Positions 11,756-21,675 are shown, counted from the first letter of the stretch. The stretch is 64,000 bases of DNA from Candidatus Bathyarchaeota archaeon (GCA_963707955.1 OY970176.1:1248001-1312000); one strand, 5' to 3'. Program-made: numbers and translations. The notes: generated by a model not told the origin, from the sequence alone.

Positions 11756-11986
11756 TTATGCTTGTTTGAGTAACTTCAGGAATTCCTTTTTTGAGAAGCC
11801 CGTGTCCTCTATTATCTTCATAAGTAACCCTCTGCTGATTTCTTCTCCAGCATGAACAGGGATGACAGTGATTCTACCGTCAGAGTGTTTCATAACAACA
11901 TGACTGCCACGCTTTCGGACAACCACAAACCCTAGGGTAGAAAGAAGTTTTATGATTTTCTTGGCTGGTTGAGGTTTCAAGCTCAT
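11756..11986 (-). CDS. hicA: HicA family toxin (mRNA interferase)
   Basis: LGFVVVRKRGSHVVMKHSDGRITVIPVH HicA signature. Confidence 0.93.
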   Translation of the reverse strand: MSLKPQPAKKIIKLLSTLGFVVVRKRGSHVVMKHSDGRITVIPVHAGEEISRGLLMKIIEDTGFSKKEFLKLLKQA

Positions 11987-12201
11987 TGAGCCGGAACCTC
12001 TACGAACTGAAATCCTACCAGTTCGATACGTTCTTTTCGTCTTGCTCCTTCAGCCTCTAAGTACGCTTGAATGGCTTCTCTGATTCTCTTGGTCAACTCA
12101 TCCAGAGTCTTGGCCTGAGTGTGGCATCCAGGTAGCTCTGGAACTGAAGCAATGTAGTACCCCTCTTCATCTTTTTCGACGACAACGCCGAACTTCACCA
12201 A
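11983..12201 (-). CDS. hicB: HicB family antitoxin, short form
   Basis: YIASVPELPGCHTQAKTLDEL signature; 4-bp overlap with hicA. Confidence 0.93.
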   Translation of the reverse strand: MVKFGVVVEKDEEGYYIASVPELPGCHTQAKTLDELTKRIREAIQAYLEAEGARRKERIELVGFQFVEVPAQ

Positions 12202-12264
12202 ATCACCGAGAAATATTGACTGCGAACTATTACTAAAGCCTTCTTTCTTCGAGGCGTGCTCGCG

Positions 12265-15200
12265 TTATGGGTAGTGTTGTCCGAAGTTGGCGCAGGCGAT
12301 GATTATGTCGCTCATGTCGATTTTGCCGTTGCCGTTTATGTCGCAGTTTGGATTATAATTCGGCTGTCCGACTGTTGAACCAAACGCCAAGCAGAGGCTG
12401 ATTATGTCGCCCACGTCAACTCTGCCGTTTCCGTCAACGTCGCCTGGAATCGTTAAGATCACATTGCCGCCTGTGTAGTTGTTGTTTGAAATGTTCGTTT
12501 CGCCCGGAACAGGCCAGGCGTAGGCGCTTATGGTGTAGTTGCCGTAGGGATAGCCTGCAGTGTTCAAAACGAAGGTAATGTTTAACGAGTTTCCGCTTGA
12601 CAAGGTGACGTTCTGTGAGGAAGCAAAAGCCATGGTGACGTTTTCTGAAGCGATAAAGAGGCTGGCATAGACTGTTACGTTGAACGTTTCTGGGAGATCG
12701 CCCAAGTCTGCTGCTGTAACGGTTACGTTCAGGCCGTCGCCTTGGCCGACCACGCACTTCGATGAATTAACATTGGTGACGGCTACGTCATGGATATGCA
12801 CGGTGACAGACGCGTTGTCAGACGTTGCCTGCACTCCGACGCTGTCGGTGACATTCACATAGACTGTGTGGAAACCTACAGATGTAGGAGTGAAAACCCA
12901 TGTTGCGTTTGTGGCGCCAGAAACGGGGACGCCGTCTAGGTACCACTGATAAGAGTAGGGAGACGTACCGCCCGTGATGCTCGACGTGAAGAGTTGAGAC
13001 TGACCAACAACCACACCGATTAAAGTGGGCGAAACACTGACCAAGGGCGAAGGGTTAACGATGACGGTAGTGACGTTGGATTCTGCCATAGACCCAACAC
13101 CGTCCGTTACGTTAACGTAGACGTTGTAGAAGCCAATAGAGATTGGCGTAAAGGTCCACGTGAAACCCGTGGCACCCTGCACTTCTGAGCCGTTCAAGTA
13201 CCATTGGTATGTGAACGACGAAGTGCCGCCAGAGACTATGGAAGTGAATAAGTGCGATTGGCCCGTGTCTACAGCAACAGAGGTGGGCGTTATGCTGATT
13301 GAAAGTGGCTCGTTCACTGTCACTGGAACACTATTGGACATTGCAACGGCGCTCACTGAGTCTGTGACGTTTAAGTAGACCGTGTAAGAGCCTGCGGATG
13401 CTGGCGTAAACGTCCACGTAATACTCGTGGCACCTGAGACGGGAGAACCATTCAAATACCATTGATACGAGTAGGCAGACGTGCCACCTGAGACAGTTGA
13501 GGTGAAGAGTTGAGACTGACCGAAATCCATCGTGACTGAAGGCGGCGAGACAATGACCGAAAGCTGCCTATTCACAGTAATTAGAACAGTATTGGAAGTT
13601 GCCGCCTGGCCCGATGCGTCAGTGACATTCAAGTAAACCGTGAAAGAACCTGAAGAAGAAGGCATAAACGTCCATGCACTGCCAGTAGCACCTGAGACTT
13701 GGGTGCCGTTCAGGTACCACTGATAAGAGTAAGGCGACGTGCCACCTGACACGCCACAGGTGAACAGTTGAGACTGACCAAGATCCATCGTGATGGAAGG
13801 GGGCGAGATAACGACCGAAGGCTGCTTATTCACAGTGACACTCGCAAAAGTAAGGTCACTGAATCCGACGCTGTCAGTGACCTCGACGTAAACAGCATAG
13901 TAACCTGAGAGTGTAGGCGTGAACGTCCAAGTTGCGTTGGTGGCTCCAGGAACGACAGCACTGTTAAGAAGCCATTGGTACGTGTACGGTGAGATGCCTC
14001 CAGAAACTGTGGATACGAAGAGTTGAGACCCGCCGACATCCATAGTGATTGAAGCTGGCGAAACATTAACTGAGGGCCACGGATAAACATTGACGGAAGC
14101 GGTGCTAGATTCTGCTGTAAACCCAGCATTGTCGGTTACGTTAACGTAGATGCTGTAAAAGCCAGATGAACTCGGCGTAAAGGTCCAGCCGCTAAAAACG
14201 GCTCTTGAAACCGGTGTGCCATTCAAACACCATTGATAAGAGTATGCTAACGCACCTCCTGAAGCGACCGAATTGAATAACTGTGACTGGTCGACCTCCA
14301 AGGTTGCGGAGCTAGACGAAATGTTAACAGAAAGCGAATTAGCGCAGTAAGGATTCATCAAAGGATAATTGTCCACGTCGGCAGAACCAATCGTGTACGG
14401 CGTGTCCCCTATCCCGTCGCTTCCAATCAAGTTCTGGCTTGGGCCACACATTATGTCTTGACCGTTGTAGTCGCTCCAAAAGTTTCCGCCTGAAGGATAA
14501 CCGTTATCCCAGTAGTTTGCTGGCGAAGGATGCGGTTCATCCCACGCCACGTACGCGTTGAGCACGTTGCTCAAGAGGTTGTTGTGGAAAATGTAGTTTG
14601 ACCAACAATCATAAACGTAGACGCCGTACTCGTTTGAAGTCAAATTGTTGCCAACTACGTAATTGTAGTAGGAACAGTAGAGTACTACGCCGCCGAAGTT
14701 GGACGATACGGAGTTTGCCAAGCTGTTCGCGCTCACGTTGTTGTAGCATGAGTAGTAAAGCCAAACTCCCGCCCAAGTGTTCGCAGATACGTTGTTTCCA
14801 CTCAAGACGTTGTACTGCGAGCCCACTATGTAGACCCCGTAACTGTTGCCAGACAGGTTGGCTTCAAACACGCAGCAGCTCGAGCACCCTGACTCATAAA
14901 TCCCGAAAAAAAACGACCTTACCGACACGTTCCTAATCGTCACGTCGCTCAAGCCACTGAGGTAGATCCCGTTCGAGCCCGTGACCATTCCTCCCTGAAC
15001 CGTGTGTCCTCCTCCGTCCAAGACCGTGTTGTTTCTTTCGACCACGATTCCGTTGTAAGCTGGGTAGCTCACGTTGCCGGTGATTGTGTAAGTTTTACTA
15101 TCAGAAGTTACGATGGGAGCTCCAGACGGGGTGATAGAACCATCAGCGTTAATGTAAACCGTCGCAGCCTGTGCGCGCACCAGCCCAACGTTAAACGCCA

Positions 15201-15279
15201 ATGCCAACATGCTTGTTACGAGCAAAACCAGCATTACCCCGGAAACAGGCTTCCGCAAGAACCCGAACCCCCCCTCCAA
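12265..15279 (-). CDS. Secreted surface protein: NosD/PbH1 beta-helix, about six PKD/Ig-like repeats, CARDB-like domain, C-terminal dockerin-like domain
   Basis: Signal peptide; LSGNNVSAN repeats; WDNGYPSGGNFWSDY; about 86-aa repeats containing GG..PYSYQWYLNG; paired GDVDGNGRVD / DINGNGKID calcium loops. Confidence 0.88.
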   Translation of the reverse strand: MEGGFGFLRKPVSGVMLVLLVTSMLALAFNVGLVRAQAATVYINADGSITPSGAPIVTSDSKTYTITGNVSYPAYNGIVVERNNTVLDGGGHTVQGGMVTGSNGIYLSGLSDVTIRNVSVRSFFFGIYESGCSSCCVFEANLSGNSYGVYIVGSQYNVLSGNNVSANTWAGVWLYYSCYNNVSANSLANSVSSNFGGVVLYCSYYNYVVGNNLTSNEYGVYVYDCWSNYIFHNNLLSNVLNAYVAWDEPHPSPANYWDNGYPSGGNFWSDYNGQDIMCGPSQNLIGSDGIGDTPYTIGSADVDNYPLMNPYCANSLSVNISSSSATLEVDQSQLFNSVASGGALAYSYQWCLNGTPVSRAVFSGWTFTPSSSGFYSIYVNVTDNAGFTAESSTASVNVYPWPSVNVSPASITMDVGGSQLFVSTVSGGISPYTYQWLLNSAVVPGATNATWTFTPTLSGYYAVYVEVTDSVGFSDLTFASVTVNKQPSVVISPPSITMDLGQSQLFTCGVSGGTSPYSYQWYLNGTQVSGATGSAWTFMPSSSGSFTVYLNVTDASGQAATSNTVLITVNRQLSVIVSPPSVTMDFGQSQLFTSTVSGGTSAYSYQWYLNGSPVSGATSITWTFTPASAGSYTVYLNVTDSVSAVAMSNSVPVTVNEPLSISITPTSVAVDTGQSHLFTSIVSGGTSSFTYQWYLNGSEVQGATGFTWTFTPISIGFYNVYVNVTDGVGSMAESNVTTVIVNPSPLVSVSPTLIGVVVGQSQLFTSSITGGTSPYSYQWYLDGVPVSGATNATWVFTPTSVGFHTVYVNVTDSVGVQATSDNASVTVHIHDVAVTNVNSSKCVVGQGDGLNVTVTAADLGDLPETFNVTVYASLFIASENVTMAFASSQNVTLSSGNSLNITFVLNTAGYPYGNYTISAYAWPVPGETNISNNNYTGGNVILTIPGDVDGNGRVDVGDIISLCLAFGSTVGQPNYNPNCDINGNGKIDMSDIIIACANFGQHYP

Positions 15280-15433
15280 ACTCTAAATCAACTTGACGTG
15301 ATAAAAGGTTTATGAAAGAAACTTCCACCATCATCCTCTACAGTTTCTATTCACACTATCCATGATGCCGAACTAGGTGCGGCACTATTTTATATAGTCT
15401 AGTTTTGGTTCAAATTTAGGAGTAAACTTAGCT

Positions 15434-15724
15434 GTGTCAACAATGAAATTTTTGAAAACGGACCGAGGAGTAGTCCTGAATGTCTACGTTAAGCCAGACT
15501 CGAGAGAATTCAAAATTGAGGTAGAAGATGATGAACTTGTGGCGCATTGTAAAGAGTCTCCAGTAAAAGGCAAGGTTGATAAAGAGTTGATAAAGGAACT
15601 TTCAAAGATTTTCAAGAGGAAAGTTGAAATTATTTCTGGTTTTACTTCAAGGCAGAAGAAGATTCTGATTAGAGATGTCAGCTCAGAGGAAGTCAACCGT
15701 ATTCTTTCTAAATGTAAACACTAG
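15434..15724 (+). CDS. DUF167 (YggU/UPF0235) family protein
   Basis: LNVYVKPDS...SPVKGKVDKELIKELSK...ISGFTSRQKKILI. Confidence 0.88.
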   Translation: MSTMKFLKTDRGVVLNVYVKPDSREFKIEVEDDELVAHCKESPVKGKVDKELIKELSKIFKRKVEIISGFTSRQKKILIRDVSSEEVNRILSKCKH

Positions 15725-15867
15725 CGCGCTTATTCTCACTCACACTCCCTGTGCGTGTGCGCGTGTGTGCGTGCTGTAGGATAAAGCTTTACCCTTTTTT
15801 CTTTTCGCACCTAGCGCGCGCTTGAGTCGAAGCAAAACAGAAATCTATTGGCAGCGTAAGAATTGTC

Positions 15868-16245
15868 ATGGGGAGTTTTGAAATGAACAGACCAAGCAGA
15901 CTGTCTGACCAAACGGTCACGTTTGTCACGGACGGCAACTTTGCTATACATGTGACGGACTTGGGGAAAGCGGAGGATTTCTACGGCAATGTTTTGGGGT
16001 TTAAACTCTCGAAAAGAACGGATGAGCGGTTTGTCTATGATACGGGCAAAATCACCCTCTACGTAGTGAAGGACTAGAAGGTTATTCCGTTCATTCCAGC
16101 GCTCGAGGTCAGCAACTACGAGAAGGCAAAGCAGTATCTCATGAAAAATGGTTGTAGAATAATCAAAGAGTGGTCTGAAGATAGAGCACTTTACTTCGAA
16201 GACCTATTTGGCATCGTGATCGACATCGTTGAAAAATCGTCATAG
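15868..16245 (+). pseudogene. VOC/glyoxalase family gene with an in-frame TAG at 16075-16077
   Basis: AIHVTDLGKAEDFYGNVLGF before the stop; the same frame continues to ALYFEDLFGIVIDIVEKSS* after it. Confidence 0.8.
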
Positions 16246-16267
16246 AGCGCGCGCGTACACATAATGG

Positions 16268-16998
16268 TCATTGATTCAAGCCAAGCATGTCCAGTAGGTT
16301 TTTGATGTCAACTGCAATGTATGGCGAATAGCAACCTGCGTCTTGTCTCGGGGTCGGGTTGGTTATCAGTCCTTCTTTCATCATGAGACCGAGTGCTCCT
16401 TCAAAAATGAGGTGATATAGGGGGTTGAAGGCTTCTTCAAATGCAATCCCGTTCTTTGCGGGTGAAGTCTTGGCATAGACCTCCAACATCTCAGACTTTT
16501 CGGCCTCTAGAGACTCTGCAAACTGTCTCAGAATTAGCTCTGCGACTAGCTTCATTTTGGCCAGGTCGTCAGGGAAAAAGAAAGGTCTGTTGATTCTCCA
16601 CCTGTTGCATTTGAGGGCAACATACCCAAGCGTCAGCAACAAGGTCACCTCTGCCAGCAACCGAGCGTTGTCGCCGCCTGCTTTTGTCTTCAGTTCGCTT
16701 GTCGACAAATCCTCCTTTGAGAGAGCCTCCAAGATTCGGCCGATCTTCTCCATCTCTGCCTCTACGTCAGCTTGCTCAACCTGTTCTGCCCAGTGCGATG
16801 CTATGTCCGGAAAAGCCATCCTGAATCCTGCGGGAGGAAGCCTTCCATGAGTGCCAAACCAGTACTTGCCGAAACCCGAGTTATTTCCCCACATCCAACC
16901 CTCTTTAAGATTGAAGGAACCCGACTTAAGACCTGAAAACACGTACTTGCCTCCGCCGGGCATGTTTCTTCCGGCAGAAAGCAACTTCTTGGACTTCA
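16268..16998 (-). pseudogene. Hypothetical protein (wHTH-containing) whose 5' part is cut at the transposon left end
   Basis: The reading frame runs up to the inverted repeat at 16999 with no convincing native start. Confidence 0.6.
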
Positions 16999-17021
16999 GA
17001 TACTGTCCACTTAATCGGGAT
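16999..17021 (+). repeat. Left terminal inverted repeat GATACTGTCCACTTAATCGGGAT
   Basis: Exact reverse complement of 23569-23591; resembles IS6-family ends (G.CACTGT). Confidence 0.93.
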
Positions 17022-17079
17022 AGGGTTCTGTCAAGTCTTCGGTTGATACGAGCCCTTGTAAAAAATCGGTTGACGAAGA

Positions 17080-17598
17080 TTAGCCTTCCGAGATATGTTT
17101 CTTTATTTTGTCCCTCATTACCCCTTTTAGCTTACTCAAACGGTCCGTAATTTCAATATTTGCTTGGTCTTCTGGAGGAAGGTCCGCGAACCACTCTTCA
17201 TACTCGTCTTCCTCACCTAGGTCGGGGGGTTCTCCATATATCTCAATTTGTTTCTCCGTAAGGAAGGTGTCAATGTCGTCTATTTCCTTTTTCAATTCCT
17301 CTCTCAGTTTTTCAGGGAGGAAGAGTCCAGTACTGCCATCCAGAAAAACAGTAACGGCATTTCGAAAATCGGGAAAACTCTTGTAACCCTGTTTTAATAA
17401 TTCATCGAGCTTTACTAGGGCATCTTTTCTGTCCTCATGATACAGTTGCATTCTTGTAATTGTCAGACTTAGTTCTCGTTGAGTTTTAAGGCTCTTTTCA
17501 GAAAAGTAATGCGCTATGATTTGTGTAACGATTGCTATTACAACTCCAGAAATCAGCGGGAAAATATACAGGCTGTAATCGGACAAAAGCATTCCCAA
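17080..17598 (-). CDS. Hypothetical protein with one N-terminal transmembrane helix and an acidic helical domain (transposon cargo)
   Basis: 172-aa ORF, hydrophobic N-terminal segment, co-oriented with the other cargo genes. Confidence 0.7.
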   Translation of the reverse strand: MGMLLSDYSLYIFPLISGVVIAIVTQIIAHYFSEKSLKTQRELSLTITRMQLYHEDRKDALVKLDELLKQGYKSFPDFRNAVTVFLDGSTGLFLPEKLREELKKEIDDIDTFLTEKQIEIYGEPPDLGEEDEYEEWFADLPPEDQANIEITDRLSKLKGVMRDKIKKHISEG

Positions 17599-17659
17599 AA
17601 AAGTATGACTATCGTTTGGATATAACCGTATTGTTGCCTCGATATTGTAAACTTGTTTC

Positions 17660-19033
17660 TCATGGTTGGTTTTGATTTTGGTTTCGCAGTAGTTCCTTCA
17701 CTGTGATTGTTTTGATCTCAATGTTATCGTGTAGTCCCGCTCTCGCGACTTCGCCAAAAGCACCCTTGCCGAAACTGAAGGCCACGATTGTTCCCTTCTT
17801 CGCATTTCTTCTCCTGATTGCAGTCTCAAAATTGTCAACCACGTTTCTACCAATATCATCCGACTGCTTAACCTGAATGGGATCGCCTTCAAAGGTAAAA
17901 CCATCAATGCCCATGTCTGAACTTTTCCTTTGTGACACTCTACCGAAAAGCCTCTGAACAACCCAATTCTGAAACTCGAACGCTGGCAGTTTTCTCAGAT
18001 CCTCTTCAGTCATAGGCATGCCCATGACACTGGGCGACACATGCAATTTCCTAAATCTCTTCTCCATAAGTTTGCATGCTGTTGGAGAAACGTCTATTCC
18101 TGCCCATTGCCTTCCAAACTTATGAGCTACTACGATAGCTGTGCCACATCCACAAAAAGGGTCGAGAACAATATCCATCGCATTAGAAGAAGTTTTGATG
18201 ATTCGTTCTAAGAGAAGTTCAGGCTTTTGTGTGGGGAAACCGAAACTCTCTCTAGAAGTTGAAACAGGGTTCACGTCATCCCATAAGTCTTGAAATGGAA
18301 CGCCTTTCATTTCGTCCAGATACCTCTTGTATCTGGGGACGTTGCCTTTCTTTGTCTGGACGATTCGACCTTCTTTGTACAGCTTCTCCATCGTCTCTTT
18401 GCTATATCGCCAGTATCTTGTTACGCCTAAGAACTCATATCTTGGGTTTCCTTTCGCTGCTCCACCAGGCCCATCTATTGCGGTGAGCTGGTATCTTCTC
18501 CCTGTTTCATGTTCTACGTGTCCGTAGAACTTATCTTTTGATTCCTCAGTGAAAGGCAAGTATTGCTGATTCCAAGTGTAGTCTTTAGATTTGGCATAGA
18601 ACAGTATAACATCATGTATTCTACCATAGTGTTTCGCTCCCTGTTTCGCGTCACTGTGCTTTGCAACCTGTCTTTTCCACACAATCTCGTTTACGAAGTT
18701 AGTCTCTCCGAATAGCCTGTCCATTTCATACTTCAAATAATGCGAAGCGTGCCAATCGCAATGAAGATACATCGAGCCAGTCTTTTTGAGAACTCGATAA
18801 CATTGAGTAAGCCTTTCAACCATCCAAGCAACATAATAGTCTAAACCGCCTTTCCATCTGTCCTCGAAAGCTCTAAGCTCATATCCGTCTCCCCAGATGA
18901 TTTCGTAACGTCTGTTGGAAAAGAAAGGCGGATCAGCATAAATCAAATCGACAGATTCGTTCGGAAACTTGCTCAAAACATCCTTGCAATCGCCACAATA
19001 GATTGTGTTAGGTCTGAAATATGGAATAGTCAT
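17660..19033 (-). CDS. N6-adenine/N4-cytosine DNA methyltransferase (beta class) fused to a C-terminal Mrr-like restriction endonuclease domain
   Basis: LIYADPPF precedes PTQKP and VLDPFCGCGT; C-terminal FEFQNWV...DMGIDG...IQVKQ (D..QxK) nuclease motif. Confidence 0.9.
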   Translation of the reverse strand: MTIPYFRPNTIYCGDCKDVLSKFPNESVDLIYADPPFFSNRRYEIIWGDGYELRAFEDRWKGGLDYYVAWMVERLTQCYRVLKKTGSMYLHCDWHASHYLKYEMDRLFGETNFVNEIVWKRQVAKHSDAKQGAKHYGRIHDVILFYAKSKDYTWNQQYLPFTEESKDKFYGHVEHETGRRYQLTAIDGPGGAAKGNPRYEFLGVTRYWRYSKETMEKLYKEGRIVQTKKGNVPRYKRYLDEMKGVPFQDLWDDVNPVSTSRESFGFPTQKPELLLERIIKTSSNAMDIVLDPFCGCGTAIVVAHKFGRQWAGIDVSPTACKLMEKRFRKLHVSPSVMGMPMTEEDLRKLPAFEFQNWVVQRLFGRVSQRKSSDMGIDGFTFEGDPIQVKQSDDIGRNVVDNFETAIRRRNAKKGTIVAFSFGKGAFGEVARAGLHDNIEIKTITVKELLRNQNQNQP

Positions 19034-19095
19034 CTAGTTACCTTGAACTAGAATTAGTGCAACATCCTATTAACTCGTTTGCTGTTGTTTAATGG

Positions 19096-19290
19096 TTATT
19101 TTGCGAACTGTATGTCTCGATACTTGGTTTTTCCCACGTTTTTTTCGAGGTTTGCTTTAATCTGTTTTTCCCATTCGTCCTCTGTCAAGATTCCCTTTCG
19201 TTCAAGAACTTCAACGAGACTGGAAAGCATCATATCGAGACTATCAAGTTCCTCAGCAAGTTCTCTTGTTAGATTCTTTTTCTTGCTCAT
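19096..19290 (-). CDS. Small hypothetical protein, 64 aa
   Basis: ATGA overlap with the upstream CopG-like ORF; LVEVLERKGILTEDEW helical pattern. Confidence 0.7.
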   Translation of the reverse strand: MSKKKNLTRELAEELDSLDMMLSSLVEVLERKGILTEDEWEKQIKANLEKNVGKTKYRDIQFAK

Positions 19291-19442
19291 TGCTTTCCCT
19301 TCGTAGGTAAATATCCTTTCTCAGATAGAAAAGCTATGACTATAGTTCTTACTATCTCTGAATCACTTTCGCCGAAAGTGCCTTTCAGATTGTCCACGAT
19401 TTTCTTTATCTCATCTGGAAGACTTAACAAGATTCTTTTCAT
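19287..19442 (-). CDS. CopG/ribbon-helix-helix-like regulator, 51 aa, not in the ORF track
   Basis: Hand translation MKRILLSLPDEIKKIVDNLKGTFGESDSEIVRTIVIAFLSEKGYLPTKGKQ; ATGA overlaps at both ends. Confidence 0.8.
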   Translation of the reverse strand: MKRILLSLPDEIKKIVDNLKGTFGESDSEIVRTIVIAFLSEKGYLPTKGKQ

Positions 19443-20332
19443 TTAGCTACCACCTCTATCGGTTTTTCGTTCACTGTTCTATTCTCTCCACTCGTTGCCT
19501 TGAATTTGGTTGCTTCTTTTACTATTGTGTGCCAATCGTTCTTCATAGTTAATCCAGAGGCCTGAGCAGGAGTCATTCCAAGAGTCTGATGCTTTCGTAC
19601 ATAGTCATAGTGAACTGCCCAACCTTCTAGTAGTGTCCTTACTGTGTCTTCTCCTTTCAAACCTCGCGTTGGCCTCAAACGGTCTTTCAACGTGCCATGC
19701 AGTCTTTCAACAGCATTCTGATTATGAATCGCCCTTATTCCCACTCTTCTGATTAGCTCGGGTCTGCCTTCTTTCTTCATTGTATAGAAGACCTTGTTGA
19801 ATCCATCTATGTAAGCTGGCAAGCCATCACAGTAAATTGAAACTGGCTTTCTCTTAGCTACTCTGATGCTTTTCTCGAAAAGTGCTATCGCGTCTTCGGT
19901 TGTTCTTGAACCTGACAAGTGACCTGTAACCAGAAACTTTGTCTGATCATCGATGATTTCCCAGAACCACTTCTGAACACCCTTACACTTGATCGCGGTT
20001 TCATCAACGTGATAAATGCCTAGAAGATGTGGTGTTAAGGTTTCTACATACTCAGCGCACAGTTTTGAATATTTCATGATCCATTTCCAGATTGCAGACT
20101 TGCCTATCTGAATGCCAAAAATCTTTTGAAGCTGATTCTGAACCTTTCTGATGCTAAGTCCTTCGTAATACATGTCAATTGCCGTGGAAATGATTCGGGA
20201 CTCCACACGCATTTTTGGAAAGTCCGAACCTTCAACAAACTTGTGTCCACAAGAGCGACAAACGAACTGTTGCTTGCCCTTCACTTTGCCATCCTTAACG
20301 ACTTTCTCTGAGCCACAATACTTGCATGGCAT
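19439..20332 (-). CDS. IS6/IS240-like DDE transposase with an N-terminal zinc ribbon and HTH
   Basis: CKYCGS...CRSCG zinc ribbon; AIWKWI HTH; HVDET, YCDGLPAY and NAVERLHGTLKDR catalytic segments; probable start MPCKYC at 20332. Confidence 0.92.
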   Translation of the reverse strand: MPCKYCGSEKVVKDGKVKGKQQFVCRSCGHKFVEGSDFPKMRVESRIISTAIDMYYEGLSIRKVQNQLQKIFGIQIGKSAIWKWIMKYSKLCAEYVETLTPHLLGIYHVDETAIKCKGVQKWFWEIIDDQTKFLVTGHLSGSRTTEDAIALFEKSIRVAKRKPVSIYCDGLPAYIDGFNKVFYTMKKEGRPELIRRVGIRAIHNQNAVERLHGTLKDRLRPTRGLKGEDTVRTLLEGWAVHYDYVRKHQTLGMTPAQASGLTMKNDWHTIVKEATKFKATSGENRTVNEKPIEVVAK

Positions 20333-20341
20333 CGTTATATC

Positions 20342-20377
20342 ACCAGAGTCATATACAGTATATAACTGGTTTATAAG
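20342..20377 (-). promoter_or_regulatory. Putative transposase promoter (TATA box) with a palindromic operator
   Basis: CTTATAAA on the minus strand at 20370-20377; GTCATATAC-A-GTATATAAC near-palindrome at 20348-20366 between the TATA box and the ATG; similar half-site GTCATAGAC at 20408. Confidence 0.5.
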
Positions 20378-20436
20378 CTTTGCTCTTTTTGATTCTGTCG
20401 AGCCCGTGTCATAGACTGTCTTGAGCAAGTGAGGTG

Positions 20437-21675
20437 CTACACTACGTGTTGAAGTATTATTTCGGTATTTTGTTTCCTTTCAAGAAGCTGTGCTTTATCG
20501 TTTCTGTTCTTTAACGGATAGACACTGAAAGCTTCCTCAAAACTGTGGGCTTTTTTGAATTTCTTCACTAACCCCTTGTATGGTGGAAACGCTCCACCGT
20601 ACCCAAGTATTCGTCTTGCCTTGCCGATCAATTTCAAGTGGTAATCAGTCCATAATGGAGATATAAAACAGTTCTTCTCCAACGCATTCAGTGGTTCATA
20701 CCTCATTGGATATGACACACAGCCTAAATCTGCGATGTGCTTTATTCTTTCAAAAAATGTCGCGGGTATATCGCTATGATATTTTTTGTTGTAGAAATTG
20801 TATAGAGTATATATGAAGATTTTTCGTCTTCTTATACCGCTTTTCGAAAGAATATCTATAGCATTAGTGAGTGCTCTCTTCTCACCAATGTCGTCAAAAG
20901 CAGTTCGAATTAGGGGTGTTTTTAAATCAGCGATCATACGGGCTTTTTCATCATCAACCAGACGAGCATCAACGCCCTGATTGAAATCAACAGGCAATCC
21001 TATGTCCAGTAGTTCATTGAGTATTTTTTTCCAGTTTGACATTGCAAAGAAATTATTGTCCCATAAGATAATCCGCTTGTAATCTGGATAGATATAACGC
21101 TCAAGATCTTCCACAACTCCGTGGATCTTTCCTTCCAACTTTGGAACAATGCAATAAGGGCAACTTCGAATGCATCCTCTTGAAGTGAATAGGATTGTGC
21201 TGTCCCATTTTTCCCATTCCTTTACTTCTTTTAAGAGGTCATATGCTGGCAGGTAGCCATCTGCCTCCTTACAAAGACCGATATTAATATCTATGAATGG
21301 AAAAAAAGATCTAAGTCTACGCGACATTAACGAAGCATATATACCTCCAACCCGTATTTTTGCACCACTAAATTTGGTGTGATAGAATTTTATGGCTTCG
21401 TGGACTGGTTTCCAAGCATAAGTGAATAACGACGTGATTTCGATGCGATCTGGACTAAACTTCAAGTCTTCTTGAATATCACGCACGAGTTTTACTTGGT
21501 TCCCTCTGGAACGATGATATGAAGCAAGCTTCAATAAGCCTAATGGAGGGAATTTCGTGTAATATGCAGGTTCAACAAGCAGAACTTTCATAGGATAGGT
21601 AGTGCTTACGTTATTCTTAAAGTTTCCTATAAAATTGGAAAAAGGATCCAAATCCTTGAAACCGGAGGATCCCAT
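20437..21675 (-). CDS. Radical SAM protein with a B12-binding-like N-terminal domain (transposon cargo)
   Basis: TSRGCIRSCPYC (CxxxCxxC); PPLGLLKLASY, VGGIYASL, LWDNNFFA, DFNQGVDARL; alternative start MKVLLVEP near 21591. Confidence 0.88.
   Translation of the reverse strand: MGSSGFKDLDPFSNFIGNFKNNVSTTYPMKVLLVEPAYYTKFPPLGLLKLASYHRSRGNQVKLVRDIQEDLKFSPDRIEITSLFTYAWKPVHEAIKFYHTKFSGAKIRVGGIYASLMSRRLRSFFPFIDINIGLCKEADGYLPAYDLLKEVKEWEKWDSTILFTSRGCIRSCPYCIVPKLEGKIHGVVEDLERYIYPDYKRIILWDNNFFAMSNWKKILNELLDIGLPVDFNQGVDARLVDDEKARMIADLKTPLIRTAFDDIGEKRALTNAIDILSKSGIRRRKIFIYTLYNFYNKKYHSDIPATFFERIKHIADLGCVSYPMRYEPLNALEKNCFISPLWTDYHLKLIGKARRILGYGGAFPPYKGLVKKFKKAHSFEEAFSVYPLKNRNDKAQLLERKQNTEIILQHVV

Noticed and set aside
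12800-14330. Direct repeats of about 258 bp
   Set aside because: Coding PKD/Ig-like domain repeats of the surface protein
20437-21675. Radical SAM gene as a prokaryotic viperin
   Set aside because: It has a B12-binding-like N-terminal domain and TSRGC context and lacks the viperin-type CNYxCxFC pattern
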